Positions 25,766 through 39,297 of a DNA stretch of 64,000 nt are shown here, piece by piece. The stretch spans positions 1 through 64,000 of IMG/VR virus record IMGVR_UViG_3300021091_000014; one strand, 5' to 3'. The position numbers and the translations under genes are program-made. The stretch is from a virus. Position 1 is the first letter of the stretch; every line of letters begins with the position of its first letter. Under the pieces are notes generated by a model. It did no database searches. It was given only the letters and a program-made list of their open reading frames with translations, and had not been told where the DNA came from.

Positions 25766-26092
25766 ATGCCATTATGGGGAAAAACAGACGCTGCGTCAAA
25801 TAGCGTAATTTACGCTCCAGCGCAGTTTAACAAAACACCTAACACAGCTAACCGTGATGCATTGTATGGAAATACAACTGCTAACGGCTATGGAACCGGA
25901 GAAACTATCGGTATGTATGGAGTAGATACAACCGAAATGTCGGTTGGTTCCGGCGGTGTTACTCACGCCGGCTGGGTTATTAGAAAAGAAGGCTCCGGTG
26001 GTCGTGCTGGCCGTGTTCAGTACGAAACATTAGTTGCAATGGGCTCTATGACTTCTGACGGATCGGACGATACAGTATTTCCAGATAGTTGA
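25766..26092 (+). CDS. virion structural protein (MPLWG...HAGW...YETLVAM)
   Basis: Motif typical of T4-like virion proteins; AATAAATA box upstream. Confidence 0.7.
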   Translation: MPLWGKTDAASNSVIYAPAQFNKTPNTANRDALYGNTTANGYGTGETIGMYGVDTTEMSVGSGGVTHAGWVIRKEGSGGRAGRVQYETLVAMGSMTSDGSDDTVFPDS

Positions 26093-26099
26093 TCAATAA

Positions 26100-27626
26100 A
26101 TGGCAGAACGTTCTAAGAAAATATCTGAATTAACAAGTCTATCGGCAGCTACTGCCGATGACTTGATGGTTATTGTTAATCAACCTAATACAGCAAACGC
26201 TACTACTCTAAAAATAAGCGTTGGTAATTTTTTTGCCAACGTACAGTCCAACGCTGTTTTTAGACAAAACGTAACTGTTAACGGGTCATTTACTGTTGCT
26301 AACAATTTTAACTTATCTTCTTTAACGGTAGGTTCTAGTTCTGTTAACACATTCGTTAACTCAACAATAATTGCAATTGGTACAGCATTCGTTAACACTC
26401 AGGTTAATTCGACAAGTATTAGAACGTTAGATGCTATTGTTACTGGTACAACTACAACTGGTAATACAACTATAGTAGGATACGCAAACGTAGCAGGTAC
26501 TCTCTCCGGAGGCAATACAACAGTATCCGGAATACTAACGGTAGGGGGCAGATCAAATCTTGCAAATACTGTTATTGTTGGTACAGCTAATATTGCTTCA
26601 GATTTAAGAGTAGGGTCAAATGTTTTAATTGCACCTACCTATTTGAATATTGGTAACAGTTCAGTAAATGCTTCTGTTAACTCAACAGGATTTTTTATTG
26701 ATGGAGTATCGGTTACTATCGGCGGTGGCGGCATTAAAGGTGACAAAGGCGAGGTTGGAGATAAAGGATCTACAGGAGCCGGTGACAAGGGACAAAAAGG
26801 CGAACTCGGACCTCAAGGAGATAAAGGTAATCAAGGCGATAAAGGTGATGTAGGGCCTGCCGGATCTAAAGGTGATAAAGGAGAGGTTGGCTCAACTGGT
26901 ACAACTGGCGCTACGGGCTCTAAAGGTGATAAAGGAGATAATGGTTCTAAAGGAGATACTGGTTCAACTGGTACAACTGGATCTAAAGGCGATAAAGGTG
27001 ATACTGGCTCAACTGGTACAACTGGCTCAAAAGGTGATAAAGGTGATACTGGATCCAAAGGTGACACAGGATCTAAAGGTGATAAGGGAGATAAAGGTGA
27101 TAAGGGAGACAAAGGTAACAAGGGCGAGCGTGTAGCTAATGCTACCTACAGTGACGCTAATAATACTACCGTATTTACTAATAGTGATACCTCTACATTC
27201 TCTATCAATGGTATTAAAGGTCAAAAAGGTGAGGTAGGGGCGCTTACAACTGCTAATGGTAGTAACATTGTAGTTGAAACTGAAGTAGTGTTAGAAAATC
27301 TAGCAGTTAGAATATTTAATGGTGGTGGTGCTAATAATAGAGTAGAGATAAAAGCAAACACATCAACGTTTACCGGTATTGCCGAAACAACGGTCCTTGC
27401 ATCAGGTGACTCTGTAGCTCATTATTCAGGTATTGCAGGTACTTCCGGTGCATCAAGCGTAACCGCAGCATCGTGGTTCTATCTTACACCTCAAGACCTT
27501 AATACAATTGGTGATACATCTATTAGTACTATCACTGATACAACTAACGGAAGAATGTATAGATTAACAGCTCAGTTAACCTCAACAGCTGGCAACTCAA
27601 TGATAGTGATTGAAAAATTAATTTAA
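26100..27626 (+). CDS. collagen-like tail/head fibre protein
   Basis: KKISEL N-terminus; G-X-Y (GDK/GSK) run ~26730-27125. Confidence 0.85.
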   Translation: MAERSKKISELTSLSAATADDLMVIVNQPNTANATTLKISVGNFFANVQSNAVFRQNVTVNGSFTVANNFNLSSLTVGSSSVNTFVNSTIIAIGTAFVNTQVNSTSIRTLDAIVTGTTTTGNTTIVGYANVAGTLSGGNTTVSGILTVGGRSNLANTVIVGTANIASDLRVGSNVLIAPTYLNIGNSSVNASVNSTGFFIDGVSVTIGGGGIKGDKGEVGDKGSTGAGDKGQKGELGPQGDKGNQGDKGDVGPAGSKGDKGEVGSTGTTGATGSKGDKGDNGSKGDTGSTGTTGSKGDKGDTGSTGTTGSKGDKGDTGSKGDTGSKGDKGDKGDKGDKGNKGERVANATYSDANNTTVFTNSDTSTFSINGIKGQKGEVGALTTANGSNIVVETEVVLENLAVRIFNGGGANNRVEIKANTSTFTGIAETTVLASGDSVAHYSGIAGTSGASSVTAASWFYLTPQDLNTIGDTSISTITDTTNGRMYRLTAQLTSTAGNSMIVIEKLI

Positions 27627-27632
27627 GGTTTT

Positions 27633-28028
27633 ATGCACACTGAGCAACTTGATGAAACCAATTTTTTACTTTATGCTGCAAAACATTATGATAATCCATC
27701 CTGTTTTGATACGTTAGAGTTTTACGAAGATTTAAATAGGTTTAAGTACCTCAAAAGGCTTTTTAGTAGATATGATGAGACTAGTGAGCTTAAAGAAAGG
27801 CTTATTCTTAACCACATAATTGTTTTATACAATCTATTTGGAGTAGATGCAGCAACAAGAATGCTTTTCTTTAAGCTTAAAGGGTACTATCACTACTTAA
27901 AGCCTTTTTTAGTATTTTTAAATTATTGTCCAGAAAAAGTTACAGGCATAGGATTGGATAATAAGACAATTACCACCAGCGACATTTTAATGGATCCAAT
28001 AATTGTACAAACGTTAAGAAAAATATGA
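27633..28028 (+). CDS. conserved T4-like hypothetical protein
   Basis: YAAKHYDNP.C...EF.EDL.RFKY.KRL...LILNHII.LYN.FG. Confidence 0.8.
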   Translation: MHTEQLDETNFLLYAAKHYDNPSCFDTLEFYEDLNRFKYLKRLFSRYDETSELKERLILNHIIVLYNLFGVDAATRMLFFKLKGYYHYLKPFLVFLNYCPEKVTGIGLDNKTITTSDILMDPIIVQTLRKI

Positions 28029-28489
28029 GTTCAATAGTAGATTTATTTTTAGTATATCAGTTTATTACTAGACTTGTGACTCCATTTGATCAATGGAGTG
28101 CGTACAAACTTGGCATTATTAATGACCAAGGCAAAGTTCTTAGAAAAAGAGCAACTCTTTCTACACCTGAAGAAAAAAAAGCATGGGGATATTTTGACAT
28201 ATTAGCGGCTAATATTAAAAAATTAATGGCCAAATTCCCCGGAGGTGACTCTAAGTTAATGTCGTATGCAGCTGCAGGACTACTACTAAAAGAACAAAAA
28301 AAACTAGAAGCAATGTCTGAAGAAGAGATTGAAGAGCTGGTTAATAAATTGATGTCTGAATTAGAAGAAGAGCCAGTCAATGTTGCCGGCGATGGCAAAA
28401 TAGCAGGTATTGGAGTTGGTAGTCAGGGTGAACCTCCCGGTAAGAACGCAGCGTTTAAAAAAATGATTAGAAGAAAGATGAGGGTATAA
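28025..28489 (+). CDS. conserved T4-like hypothetical protein
   Basis: D....Y.F...LVTPF..W.AYKLGII...G. Confidence 0.8.
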   Translation: MSSIVDLFLVYQFITRLVTPFDQWSAYKLGIINDQGKVLRKRATLSTPEEKKAWGYFDILAANIKKLMAKFPGGDSKLMSYAAAGLLLKEQKKLEAMSEEEIEELVNKLMSELEEEPVNVAGDGKIAGIGVGSQGEPPGKNAAFKKMIRRKMRV

Positions 28490-28490
28490 A

Positions 28491-28955
28491 ATGCAGCTTA
28501 CAGAAAATTTTTCATTAGCAGAAATGATCAAGAGTGAAACAGCTCTTCGCCAAGGTTTAGAAAACGTTCCCGGTGAAATTGAAATTCAAAACTTAAAGAT
28601 GTTATGTGAACAGGTGCTCCAGCCTTTACGCGATGCATATCAAAGAGGAATTAAAGTTAATTCTGGTTTTCGCCACCCTGACGTTAATGCCGCTGTAGGG
28701 GGCTCACGTACATCTGATCATTGTCGAGGTCAAGCAGCTGATATTGAAATTCCTGGAGTTGCAAATTACGATCTCGCAAAATACATTGCAGAATATTTTC
28801 AGTTTACTCAACTTATTTTAGAATTCTATACCCCTGGTATTCCTGACTCTGGATGGGTTCATGTCTCTTATGACCCTAGCAATCTCAAGCGTCAAGTTAT
28901 GACAGCAATGAGAGAGAATGGTAAAGTAGTTTATAAGCAAGGACTTATTGCCTGA
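28491..28955 (+). CDS. peptidase M15A endolysin
   Basis: NFSL.E, SGFR, S.H..G.AAD, WVHVS. Confidence 0.88.
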   Translation: MQLTENFSLAEMIKSETALRQGLENVPGEIEIQNLKMLCEQVLQPLRDAYQRGIKVNSGFRHPDVNAAVGGSRTSDHCRGQAADIEIPGVANYDLAKYIAEYFQFTQLILEFYTPGIPDSGWVHVSYDPSNLKRQVMTAMRENGKVVYKQGLIA

Positions 28956-29428
28956 TGGGTATTGGTGCTGCAATTAAAGCAATAGTTATTTTAATTATTA
29001 TAGTTCTGTTAAGTATAGGAGGATGGTATCTTATTAACCTTAAAGCCGATCTTGCCGTATCTGAAATGAACAATAAAGCGCTTCAGGATGGTATTAAAGA
29101 ACAACAGGCTCTAATAGAGCAAAAAGAAAAAGATATCGTACAGATACAAGAAACAAACAAGCAGTTAGCTGAACAGAACGAGAAACAAAAGCAAGACGTT
29201 AACACTTTAACTAACAAGTTTGACAAAAGAGACTTTGGTGCGTTTGCCGCACAAAAGCCAGACCTTGTAGAAAAGCTTGTTAACAAAGGAACTGAGAACG
29301 CAATGAGATGCATGGAACTAGCTGCAGGTGCACCTCTAAATGAAAAAGAAAAAGCAGCTAAAACTCCAACTGAGGCTAACCGTGAATGTCCGTCACTTAT
29401 TAATCCTTCCTATAGCGCTCCTAATTAG
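28955..29428 (+). CDS. inner-membrane spanin (Rz-like)
   Basis: N-terminal TM, coiled coil, follows endolysin. Confidence 0.7.
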   Translation: MGIGAAIKAIVILIIIVLLSIGGWYLINLKADLAVSEMNNKALQDGIKEQQALIEQKEKDIVQIQETNKQLAEQNEKQKQDVNTLTNKFDKRDFGAFAAQKPDLVEKLVNKGTENAMRCMELAAGAPLNEKEKAAKTPTEANRECPSLINPSYSAPN

Positions 29429-29750
29429 CGGCTGTTCTGTATTTGGCTGGAAGGGTGTTGAGCCAATTGAGATACAGAAGAAAGCAGTTGAGAGAACCAA
29501 GCTTAACCTAGCCGTACCTGTTTTACCACCCCAGCGCGCACCAAAGTGGATATTGATTACTCCTGAGAACGCCGATAAGGTGTTTGCTGAGCTTAAAGAG
29601 AAGAAAGTAGATTTAGTTCTTTTCGGTCTTACAGACGAAGGGTATGAAGAGTTAGCTATTAATATGGCCGAGCTTCGTAATTTTATAGCATCTCAAAGAG
29701 CTATTATTATTAAATATAAAGACTACTACGAACCAAAAGCTAAAGAGTAA
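29382..29750 (+). CDS. outer-membrane lipoprotein spanin (Rz1-like)
   Basis: GTG start with GAGG SD, lipobox LISGC, overlaps the i-spanin end. Confidence 0.7.
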   Translation: MNVRHLLILPIALLISGCSVFGWKGVEPIEIQKKAVERTKLNLAVPVLPPQRAPKWILITPENADKVFAELKEKKVDLVLFGLTDEGYEELAINMAELRNFIASQRAIIIKYKDYYEPKAKE

Positions 29751-29753
29751 ATA

Positions 29754-31001
29754 ATGCCTACCTTAATTACAGCTGATAATCTAGCAGCTAATACGATTAC
29801 ATCTGAGAAAATATCGAGTACGGTTGCACTCGGGGGCCCAAAAATAGCTAATGTTCAAATTGCTAACTCCTCTTGGTCAGTACTGGACGATACGGCCGTT
29901 GATGTGGGAGGGGGATACCTCTTAATTAATGGTACTGGGTTTGTTACTGGTTGCTCCGTGTTGCTTGATACGACATCAGCATCATCGGTGACGTTTGTCT
30001 CATCAACGCAACTTAGAGTAGTTGCGCAAGCCAAGTCTGCAGCAACCTACAACGCATACGTAGTAAATCCGGACGGAGGTACTGCTACAAGAGTAAATGG
30101 AATTACATACTCTGCAAGCCCTAGTTGGGTAACTGCTTCTGCTCTTGCTAATGTTGCAACTAAAACAGCTTATTCTTATCAGTTAACAGCAACCGGAGCA
30201 GCATCATATTCTCTCCAGGCTGGCTCATCTCTGCCCGCAAACTCTTCTCTTGCTGCCAATGGACTGTTTAGTGGTAATACAGACGTAGCTTCTGATACTT
30301 CTTACTCTTTTACGGTTTTAGCAACCGATAATGAATTACAAGATTCACCAAGAACGTTTAGCTTTACTGTAACAGCAATAGCTGCACCAGACATATATTT
30401 GAAAGGTGAGGAAGAACCATTAGTAGATTCTTCTTCATCGCCGCTATCATTGAGTATTTCTGGGGTTTCGAGATCACAAAATCAAGTCAATACAGGTAGC
30501 TACAGTATTTTAATTAACGGAACAAATAAAAATATATCTTTTGGAGGCACAAATTCTTCCGATTGGGATTTGGGAGTAAACAAAGGCACTAATATTATTT
30601 CAGGCGCATTTGAAATGCAAATTTATCCAATGTCGCCAGCAGCCTCCAGGTGTGCTATTATTGGTAGATACAATGAACCAGGAGAACTGGGATGGACAGT
30701 AGATTATAACAATAATGGTGCTTTATTTTTAGCCGTAAACGGCTCCGGAAGTCAGTCAGATAATGGATTATTGACTTTGAATCAATGGCAAAAACTAGCG
30801 TTGGTTTACGAAAATAATTCTGGTACTTTTCAAGTAAAAATTTATAAAAATAATTCACTCATAACAACATATAATATGTCCAGCGCAACATCACCTTCTT
30901 CTGGATATAGTTTGATGTTAGCTCCTAGATCTGGGTCCCTAAGTCTAAATGCTTACATTGATGAGTTTAAGTTTTGGAAAGGAAGCAGAGGTCCGTACTA
31001 A
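29754..31001 (+). CDS. virion adhesin: IPT/TIG + Ig-like + LamG-like domains
   Basis: GG.L.INGTGF, VVNPDGG, YIDEFKFW. Confidence 0.7.
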   Translation: MPTLITADNLAANTITSEKISSTVALGGPKIANVQIANSSWSVLDDTAVDVGGGYLLINGTGFVTGCSVLLDTTSASSVTFVSSTQLRVVAQAKSAATYNAYVVNPDGGTATRVNGITYSASPSWVTASALANVATKTAYSYQLTATGAASYSLQAGSSLPANSSLAANGLFSGNTDVASDTSYSFTVLATDNELQDSPRTFSFTVTAIAAPDIYLKGEEEPLVDSSSSPLSLSISGVSRSQNQVNTGSYSILINGTNKNISFGGTNSSDWDLGVNKGTNIISGAFEMQIYPMSPAASRCAIIGRYNEPGELGWTVDYNNNGALFLAVNGSGSQSDNGLLTLNQWQKLALVYENNSGTFQVKIYKNNSLITTYNMSSATSPSSGYSLMLAPRSGSLSLNAYIDEFKFWKGSRGPY

Positions 31002-31030
31002 TGAAAAAACTATTACGTTCTAACAACAAA

Positions 31031-31038
31031 TATAAATA
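31031..31038 (+). promoter_or_regulatory. T4-type late promoter TATAAATA
   Basis: Exact consensus before the fibre gene. Confidence 0.7.
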
Positions 31039-31072
31039 TTAAAAGTATTAACACCTAACCTAAAAGAAAAAA

Positions 31073-33736
<2,664 letters not shown>

Positions 33737-33768
33737 GTAATAATACATTTATTAAAGGAATAAAAAAA

Positions 33769-34050
33769 ATGCTAAAAGCAAACGCTGAAAAGTTCTTTTT
33801 CCAGGATATGGGATGGGGACACAATCCTCCTACTCAAGCTTACGTTTATTCGTATACTGGCAACGTGCCCGCAAACACCTCATCTATTGCAGTTGCAACG
33901 GAAGAGCTTTTAATGGTGGTAAATGGTGACTTTAACAAGTCCCATTGTGTTATTATTGATAGTGAATCAAATAATACAGTACTTTTTTTAAAAGAAGAAA
34001 TTTCCTCGAATAATTTTTCGTTTTTATACGAAATTAATTCTGCAGAATAA
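33769..34050 (+). CDS. hypothetical protein
   Basis: 93-aa ORF with SD. Confidence 0.6.
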   Translation: MLKANAEKFFFQDMGWGHNPPTQAYVYSYTGNVPANTSSIAVATEELLMVVNGDFNKSHCVIIDSESNNTVLFLKEEISSNNFSFLYEINSAE

Positions 34051-34063
34051 CCGGAGACCTTAA

Positions 34064-34954
34064 ATGTTTGTAAAATACGTTTCCCATCCTAACGCAACAC
34101 TAACTACTATAAAGAGCGATATTGTTTCTATATTGTCTGGAAGTATTGCAACAGCAAATGACTTCGGGGTCAATTGTAATAAAACCTCTACTCTGGTATA
34201 CGGTTCCTTCCCTTCTAATACATATGCCGTGGTTAACTCTTCAGCGATGGCGTTCTCTAAAAACCATAATGACTACACCGGCAAGACCTATTATTTTAGA
34301 ATAAATTTTTCCGGTAATAATTGGACGTCAATTACAGCGTCAGGAAATTATACTGCAGCGAACGATACATTTGCTAATACTGACCATACGAGGTCGTTTC
34401 CAAATACTGGTACTTCTTCCTCGCCAATGGCACCTCAATCCGCAACAGCAGGGATAACGTTTTACATTATAGCAGGCGCCGAAACATTCCATATGGATAC
34501 ACCTACCTATTCGGGCAACGCTGCAAAATCAGTAACGCTGTGTGATATTAGTCACACCGGGCTTACAAGAGAATTCACAGACTCAGTTCTAATGGCTGGC
34601 TTTGATCAAATCTCTAACGTGTTTAGTAATGCTAATTCTGCTTTTGGAGTAGCGCTACCAGCAGCAAACGGAGCTTACTTTACCCAATCATCAAACGGTG
34701 CTAATTTAACATTAATTAGTACGGCTTTACCATCCACACCTATGGTAGCAGCAAACGGGTCTCAAATTACTATTGAAAATCCTGTGTTTGTATATCACGA
34801 ACTTGGTGGAAATACTAATCATTACGTATATGGTGTAAGTAGAACTTCTACGCGCACAATAGAAGCTTATAGAACATATACAGATAAAGATAGTAAAATA
34901 AAAGTAATATTACCAGCAAATAACTCATTCAGTTTAGCTTTAAACGCAGATTAA
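34064..34954 (+). CDS. putative virion structural protein
   Basis: S/T/N/G-rich, in fibre cluster. Confidence 0.65.
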   Translation: MFVKYVSHPNATLTTIKSDIVSILSGSIATANDFGVNCNKTSTLVYGSFPSNTYAVVNSSAMAFSKNHNDYTGKTYYFRINFSGNNWTSITASGNYTAANDTFANTDHTRSFPNTGTSSSPMAPQSATAGITFYIIAGAETFHMDTPTYSGNAAKSVTLCDISHTGLTREFTDSVLMAGFDQISNVFSNANSAFGVALPAANGAYFTQSSNGANLTLISTALPSTPMVAANGSQITIENPVFVYHELGGNTNHYVYGVSRTSTRTIEAYRTYTDKDSKIKVILPANNSFSLALNAD

Positions 34955-34969
34955 CGGAGAAATATAAAC

Positions 34970-36391
34970 ATGTTTGCAACCATCGACGCAGGACTTGGCT
35001 CAAATACGGACTACCGTAACTATGCTATTAATTTTATGCGAGCAGTTAGAACAATTGCTACTGCTAATGCCGGAACAACCCCAACATGTAACGTTATATC
35101 TGGTCCTTCCGGAACAATGGAATCCAATCAGATGATTACTGTGATTTCAAATACATCAGCCGGAGGCTGGACTGTTGATGAATCCAACACCTCATATAAT
35201 CTGATTGGAAACACTTACAATTCTTCCGGGGCTTCCGGTAGCTACCCCTACTCTTTAAATTTATACACTGATACTGGAAAAAATCAATATCCGTATCATA
35301 TGTTTACAATTAGAACTAACCCCTCTTATTCTTTTGGTTCATCGTTTAACTCCTACCCTCACCTGGCTTTTTACACCGGTGTAAGTAATACTGCGGTATG
35401 GGGGTCTGGATCTTACGGTGGTAACTATAGTTCAGGCATAGGTACAACAAGCAGCTTATTAACTGATGTTAATAATTCTTGGTCTAATCCTTCTTATCAA
35501 AGCAATCCTGCTTATCATACTTGTTTTAATGTGTCTCATATGACATGGGGTGGCAGCTATACAAACTCAATTGGTGAGAACGCTAATTTATTTTATGTTG
35601 CAGCGACAAGCGATTATATTATTATTTTAAACCGTGGATGCGGTATGGTGTATTCCGGAAAAAGAACTACTCAAGGATGGGAAGATAGTTATGATGATAA
35701 TCCTCCTGTAGTTGGATTTCAATTCAATCGCTGGATGTACCCTCAAAGTATTTTTGGCTGGCAAAGAGTAATGACCGTAAACGGTGGAACACCTTCAGCA
35801 GCTAACATATCTTTTCATAAGTACGTTGGATGGGACAGCGTACACGCTACTAGCTGGTCCAACAACTCATATAACGCAGTGGACCCTATCTCTGGCAGCC
35901 CAATTTATTATGGATATGCAAATCAAATTGCTCCAATGTATACTTCACCTACTGCAGTAAGAATTAAATATCCTAATATTACGGCACCTGCTGGTTCAGG
36001 ATTATATAATTCTCCAAACATGCTGTTTCATTCTATTAATCATAGTGTTGGATACTATAGTTATAATATATACGGCTCTTATCCAAGCACGTACCGCGCG
36101 GTACATTATGCTCCAGCGGTAGATACATCTTCAGGCGCCTTAACACCACCTGCAGTACCTATTGTATATTCTATTTACGGGATGAGCTTTAACCCTGGAG
36201 GACGACTTAAAGGTATTTACAAGTCCTTATCTGGTCCCACATCGTATTGTTCTTCAGTAGCAACAAATAGACAGCAGGTAACAGTAAACGAAAGTGGAAC
36301 TAATACCACATATATGAATATTAATATGTTTATAGGTGTTAGTCAGTACGGTAACACCTACACTGATAGTTTCTTAATTAAGGTTGCGTAA
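34970..36391 (+). CDS. putative virion structural protein
   Basis: S/T/N/Y-rich, in fibre cluster. Confidence 0.65.
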   Translation: MFATIDAGLGSNTDYRNYAINFMRAVRTIATANAGTTPTCNVISGPSGTMESNQMITVISNTSAGGWTVDESNTSYNLIGNTYNSSGASGSYPYSLNLYTDTGKNQYPYHMFTIRTNPSYSFGSSFNSYPHLAFYTGVSNTAVWGSGSYGGNYSSGIGTTSSLLTDVNNSWSNPSYQSNPAYHTCFNVSHMTWGGSYTNSIGENANLFYVAATSDYIIILNRGCGMVYSGKRTTQGWEDSYDDNPPVVGFQFNRWMYPQSIFGWQRVMTVNGGTPSAANISFHKYVGWDSVHATSWSNNSYNAVDPISGSPIYYGYANQIAPMYTSPTAVRIKYPNITAPAGSGLYNSPNMLFHSINHSVGYYSYNIYGSYPSTYRAVHYAPAVDTSSGALTPPAVPIVYSIYGMSFNPGGRLKGIYKSLSGPTSYCSSVATNRQQVTVNESGTNTTYMNINMFIGVSQYGNTYTDSFLIKVA

Positions 36392-36888
36392 TGCCCATAA
36401 ATGTAGGGGATTTTGACGGTGCTGACCCACACTTAGATAGTTTTCAGGTCTATGCTGTTGGTGGGGGAGGTATTGCCTTGTCTGGTAATACCTTCAAGCT
36501 AAGTCTAGATCCGGACTTTACCTACGCTGCCTTAATAGCCGCCGGTGGTGGTGGCGCACTTGAGTTATCTGATCAAGATGCACCGGAAAATGCCTCCTAC
36601 TTAACTTACGTACCAGGCGGAGGACAGATAGGGTTATCAGCCAATACATTTAGACCGTCTCTTGACCCTGATCATACATATGCAAGTGTTATTGTTGCTG
36701 GCGGGGGCGGGGCCCTAACACTATCAGATCAAGACGCCCCAGAAAATGCCTCTTATATTACGTATGTGGCAGCCGGAGGACTAATAGGGTTAACGCATGC
36801 ACCGTTCCATGCATTATTAGATAGTGAGTTTCCATCTACTGGAGGGGGCGGAAATACTGGCACCTCACAAATATGGTCTTTAGGTTAG
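36391..36888 (+). CDS. repeat-containing virion protein
   Basis: Internal repeats GGG.(I/L).LS. Confidence 0.65.
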   Translation: MPINVGDFDGADPHLDSFQVYAVGGGGIALSGNTFKLSLDPDFTYAALIAAGGGGALELSDQDAPENASYLTYVPGGGQIGLSANTFRPSLDPDHTYASVIVAGGGGALTLSDQDAPENASYITYVAAGGLIGLTHAPFHALLDSEFPSTGGGGNTGTSQIWSLG

Positions 36889-36889
36889 T

Positions 36890-37309
36890 ATGAAAAAACT
36901 TTTATTGATTCCAGTTGTTTTATTACTAACCGGGTGTGCTCCATTACTAACTAAGTTATATGAGTCTTATTTTCTCGCACCATATGATAATGTTGAGTAT
37001 GCATTAGTAAATAAAATTAGAACAATGGCATATTTGGCCGAACCAAATTGCACCAACAAAAAACAAATACAATCTGATTTAGAAGGAATGTATTTTATAT
37101 CGGTTGAAGCTAAAAACTTTAGCCAACATTTACCTGATAATAAAGATTCAACAAAGCTTACTGCAGACCTGAGCACACTTGTAAAAGGTGCATTTGATCA
37201 TTATGAAAAGAATGAAAAGGTTGGTGAGGCTTACTGTAAAGCTAAAATGAAACAAATATATTCAAATGCTGAAACAATACAAAAAGTAATAGGGGCTAAA
37301 CCAAGATGA
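36890..37309 (+). CDS. lipoprotein
   Basis: Lipobox LLTGC. Confidence 0.75.
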   Translation: MKKLLLIPVVLLLTGCAPLLTKLYESYFLAPYDNVEYALVNKIRTMAYLAEPNCTNKKQIQSDLEGMYFISVEAKNFSQHLPDNKDSTKLTADLSTLVKGAFDHYEKNEKVGEAYCKAKMKQIYSNAETIQKVIGAKPR

Positions 37310-37509
37310 CATTAAATGAAATTAAAGCCTACTTAACAGAGTATGCTAAAGATTATGACGAGGGTAGACTGTCGTCGGAAGAGTATAAAGAACTTCTGGC
37401 CGGTCTTGATCTATCTACTGCAATTACAATGAACGCAGAAGAGCTTCAAGAAAAAGAGCAATTAAATACCTATATTAATGCTACCATAAACGTTCTATCG
37501 GCGGTCTAA
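37306..37509 (+). CDS. hypothetical protein
   Basis: 67-aa coupled ORF. Confidence 0.6.
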   Translation: MTLNEIKAYLTEYAKDYDEGRLSSEEYKELLAGLDLSTAITMNAEELQEKEQLNTYINATINVLSAV

Positions 37510-39036
37510 ATGGCATTAACTACTATCCCTATTTCAGGTCTAGAATCAAACGTTGTCCAGCAAATTCAGTCTGGTGGCGGGATACCTAGAATTATTTCTA
37601 TTTCTTATCCAGGGGATGATACAGCGGCCTTGCCAGCCGGTGGTCAAACTATTACCATAAATGGGTCTAATTTTTTATTGACAAGTGCTGTGTATGTTGA
37701 TGGTGCCCAGGTTGGAGTAGTATCATATGTTAATGCTAATACTCTGACATTTGTTACACCAGCTAAAGTAGCATCTAATTATTCGTTATACGTTGTAAAC
37801 CCTGACGGCGCTACAGCCATTGCTGTTCCGGGAGTTTCTTTTTCTAATGCGCCTGTCTGGTCAACATCATCAGGTTCTATTGGTACTCCATATGAAACTA
37901 CAGCTTTCAGTATAAACCTTTCTGCTACAGGTGACGGTTCTGTTTCTTATGCAATGGCAGCTGGAAATACTTTACCGACCGGACTAACGCTTGCAGCAAA
38001 TGGATTGTTAAGCGGCACTATACCTGCAACAGACCCTTCTACAACATATACATTTTACGTTGATGCTGTTGACGATCAAAATCAAGAAACATCAAGATCG
38101 TTTAGTGTCACATATACAAAAGATGAGGTGATATGGTCGTCCCCAGCAAACGGTGCTGCTTATGCCTGGGATATGTCAGTGGCTAATAACTTCACACTCA
38201 CAGCTAACAGCGCTGCTGGTAAATCTATAACTTATACAGTACAATCTGGATCTCTTCCAGCAAACGTTTCTATCTCGAACAACAGCGTTACAGGCACACC
38301 AAATTCTGTTCAGGCCAACACTTCGGTCGTAATAAGAGCTACAGCTAACGGAACTAATCGCTTTGCGGATAGAACTCTTTATTTTGCAATCATCGATCCA
38401 GCACCTTCTACTATAGGTCAATTTTATCAAGGTGGTTACTATGCCGGGCAAATTTATTATGAAGATACGGGTGTTCAGTATTACCTATTAGTAGCACCAA
38501 AAGCATCTGGTGAATCACAGCAAGTTTTAGGTCCGATGAATAATACAGTCCCTATCGGACAATCTCGAGTAGCTGGCCCATTATATTACGATGGGTATAA
38601 CGCTACTCATAATAATAACAACAGCACGTGGCCGGCTTTTCAGTGGGCTAGAAGTCTCAATATAAACGGATATACTGATTGGTATATACCATCTATTATG
38701 GAATTTGATATTATTGCCTACCATCTTAGCCCTGGGAGATCGTCGTCCTACGGAGATTGGTTTGTGCCGTCTTATGCAGGATACGGGGTATCTAATCGAA
38801 ACCCCTATGCAAGAGTTCCATCTGCAGCAACGTTAAATAGTAGTAGTTATTACGATACAACTTCTGTAGCAGCATTTCAAACTTCCGGGGCTCAAAAATT
38901 TGAGAGTAGTCAGTACTGGTCAACTACAAAGGAAGATTCGGTAGCATATGCCATTAGCTTTCCGCTTGGCAGATTAAATGGGGTTTTTGCTAATAACTCC
39001 CTCTACACACGCGCCATAAGAAGGGTGGCTGTTTAA
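37510..39036 (+). CDS. virion adhesin: IPT/TIG + Ig repeats + C-terminal DUF1566
   Basis: PAGGQTITING, LPTGLTL; QGGYYAG, DWYIPS, RAIRRV. Confidence 0.75.
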   Translation: MALTTIPISGLESNVVQQIQSGGGIPRIISISYPGDDTAALPAGGQTITINGSNFLLTSAVYVDGAQVGVVSYVNANTLTFVTPAKVASNYSLYVVNPDGATAIAVPGVSFSNAPVWSTSSGSIGTPYETTAFSINLSATGDGSVSYAMAAGNTLPTGLTLAANGLLSGTIPATDPSTTYTFYVDAVDDQNQETSRSFSVTYTKDEVIWSSPANGAAYAWDMSVANNFTLTANSAAGKSITYTVQSGSLPANVSISNNSVTGTPNSVQANTSVVIRATANGTNRFADRTLYFAIIDPAPSTIGQFYQGGYYAGQIYYEDTGVQYYLLVAPKASGESQQVLGPMNNTVPIGQSRVAGPLYYDGYNATHNNNNSTWPAFQWARSLNINGYTDWYIPSIMEFDIIAYHLSPGRSSSYGDWFVPSYAGYGVSNRNPYARVPSAATLNSSSYYDTTSVAAFQTSGAQKFESSQYWSTTKEDSVAYAISFPLGRLNGVFANNSLYTRAIRRVAV

Positions 39037-39045
39037 AAAAATTAT

Positions 39046-39297
39046 ATGCACGATATTGAAATGTTCGATAAAACTTCTTCGAGGATAGCCGTGTTAGAAA
39101 ACGAGGTTAAGAATATTGCTTCTGACGTTAAAGAAATGCGCCAGGAGCAAAAAGAGCAGCATGAAATATTACTAAAAAAATTCTCCACAATGGATAATAG
39201 ACTGTCTATTGTTGAAAAATGGAGGTGGATGCTTTTAGGAGCCGCAGCCGTGGCTGGATATATAATTGCACACATTAGAATAGAAAGGCTGTTTTAA
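39046..39297 (+). CDS. putative holin (XhlA-like)
   Basis: Coiled coil plus single C-terminal TM after KWRW. Confidence 0.5.
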   Translation: MHDIEMFDKTSSRIAVLENEVKNIASDVKEMRQEQKEQHEILLKKFSTMDNRLSIVEKWRWMLLGAAAVAGYIIAHIRIERLF

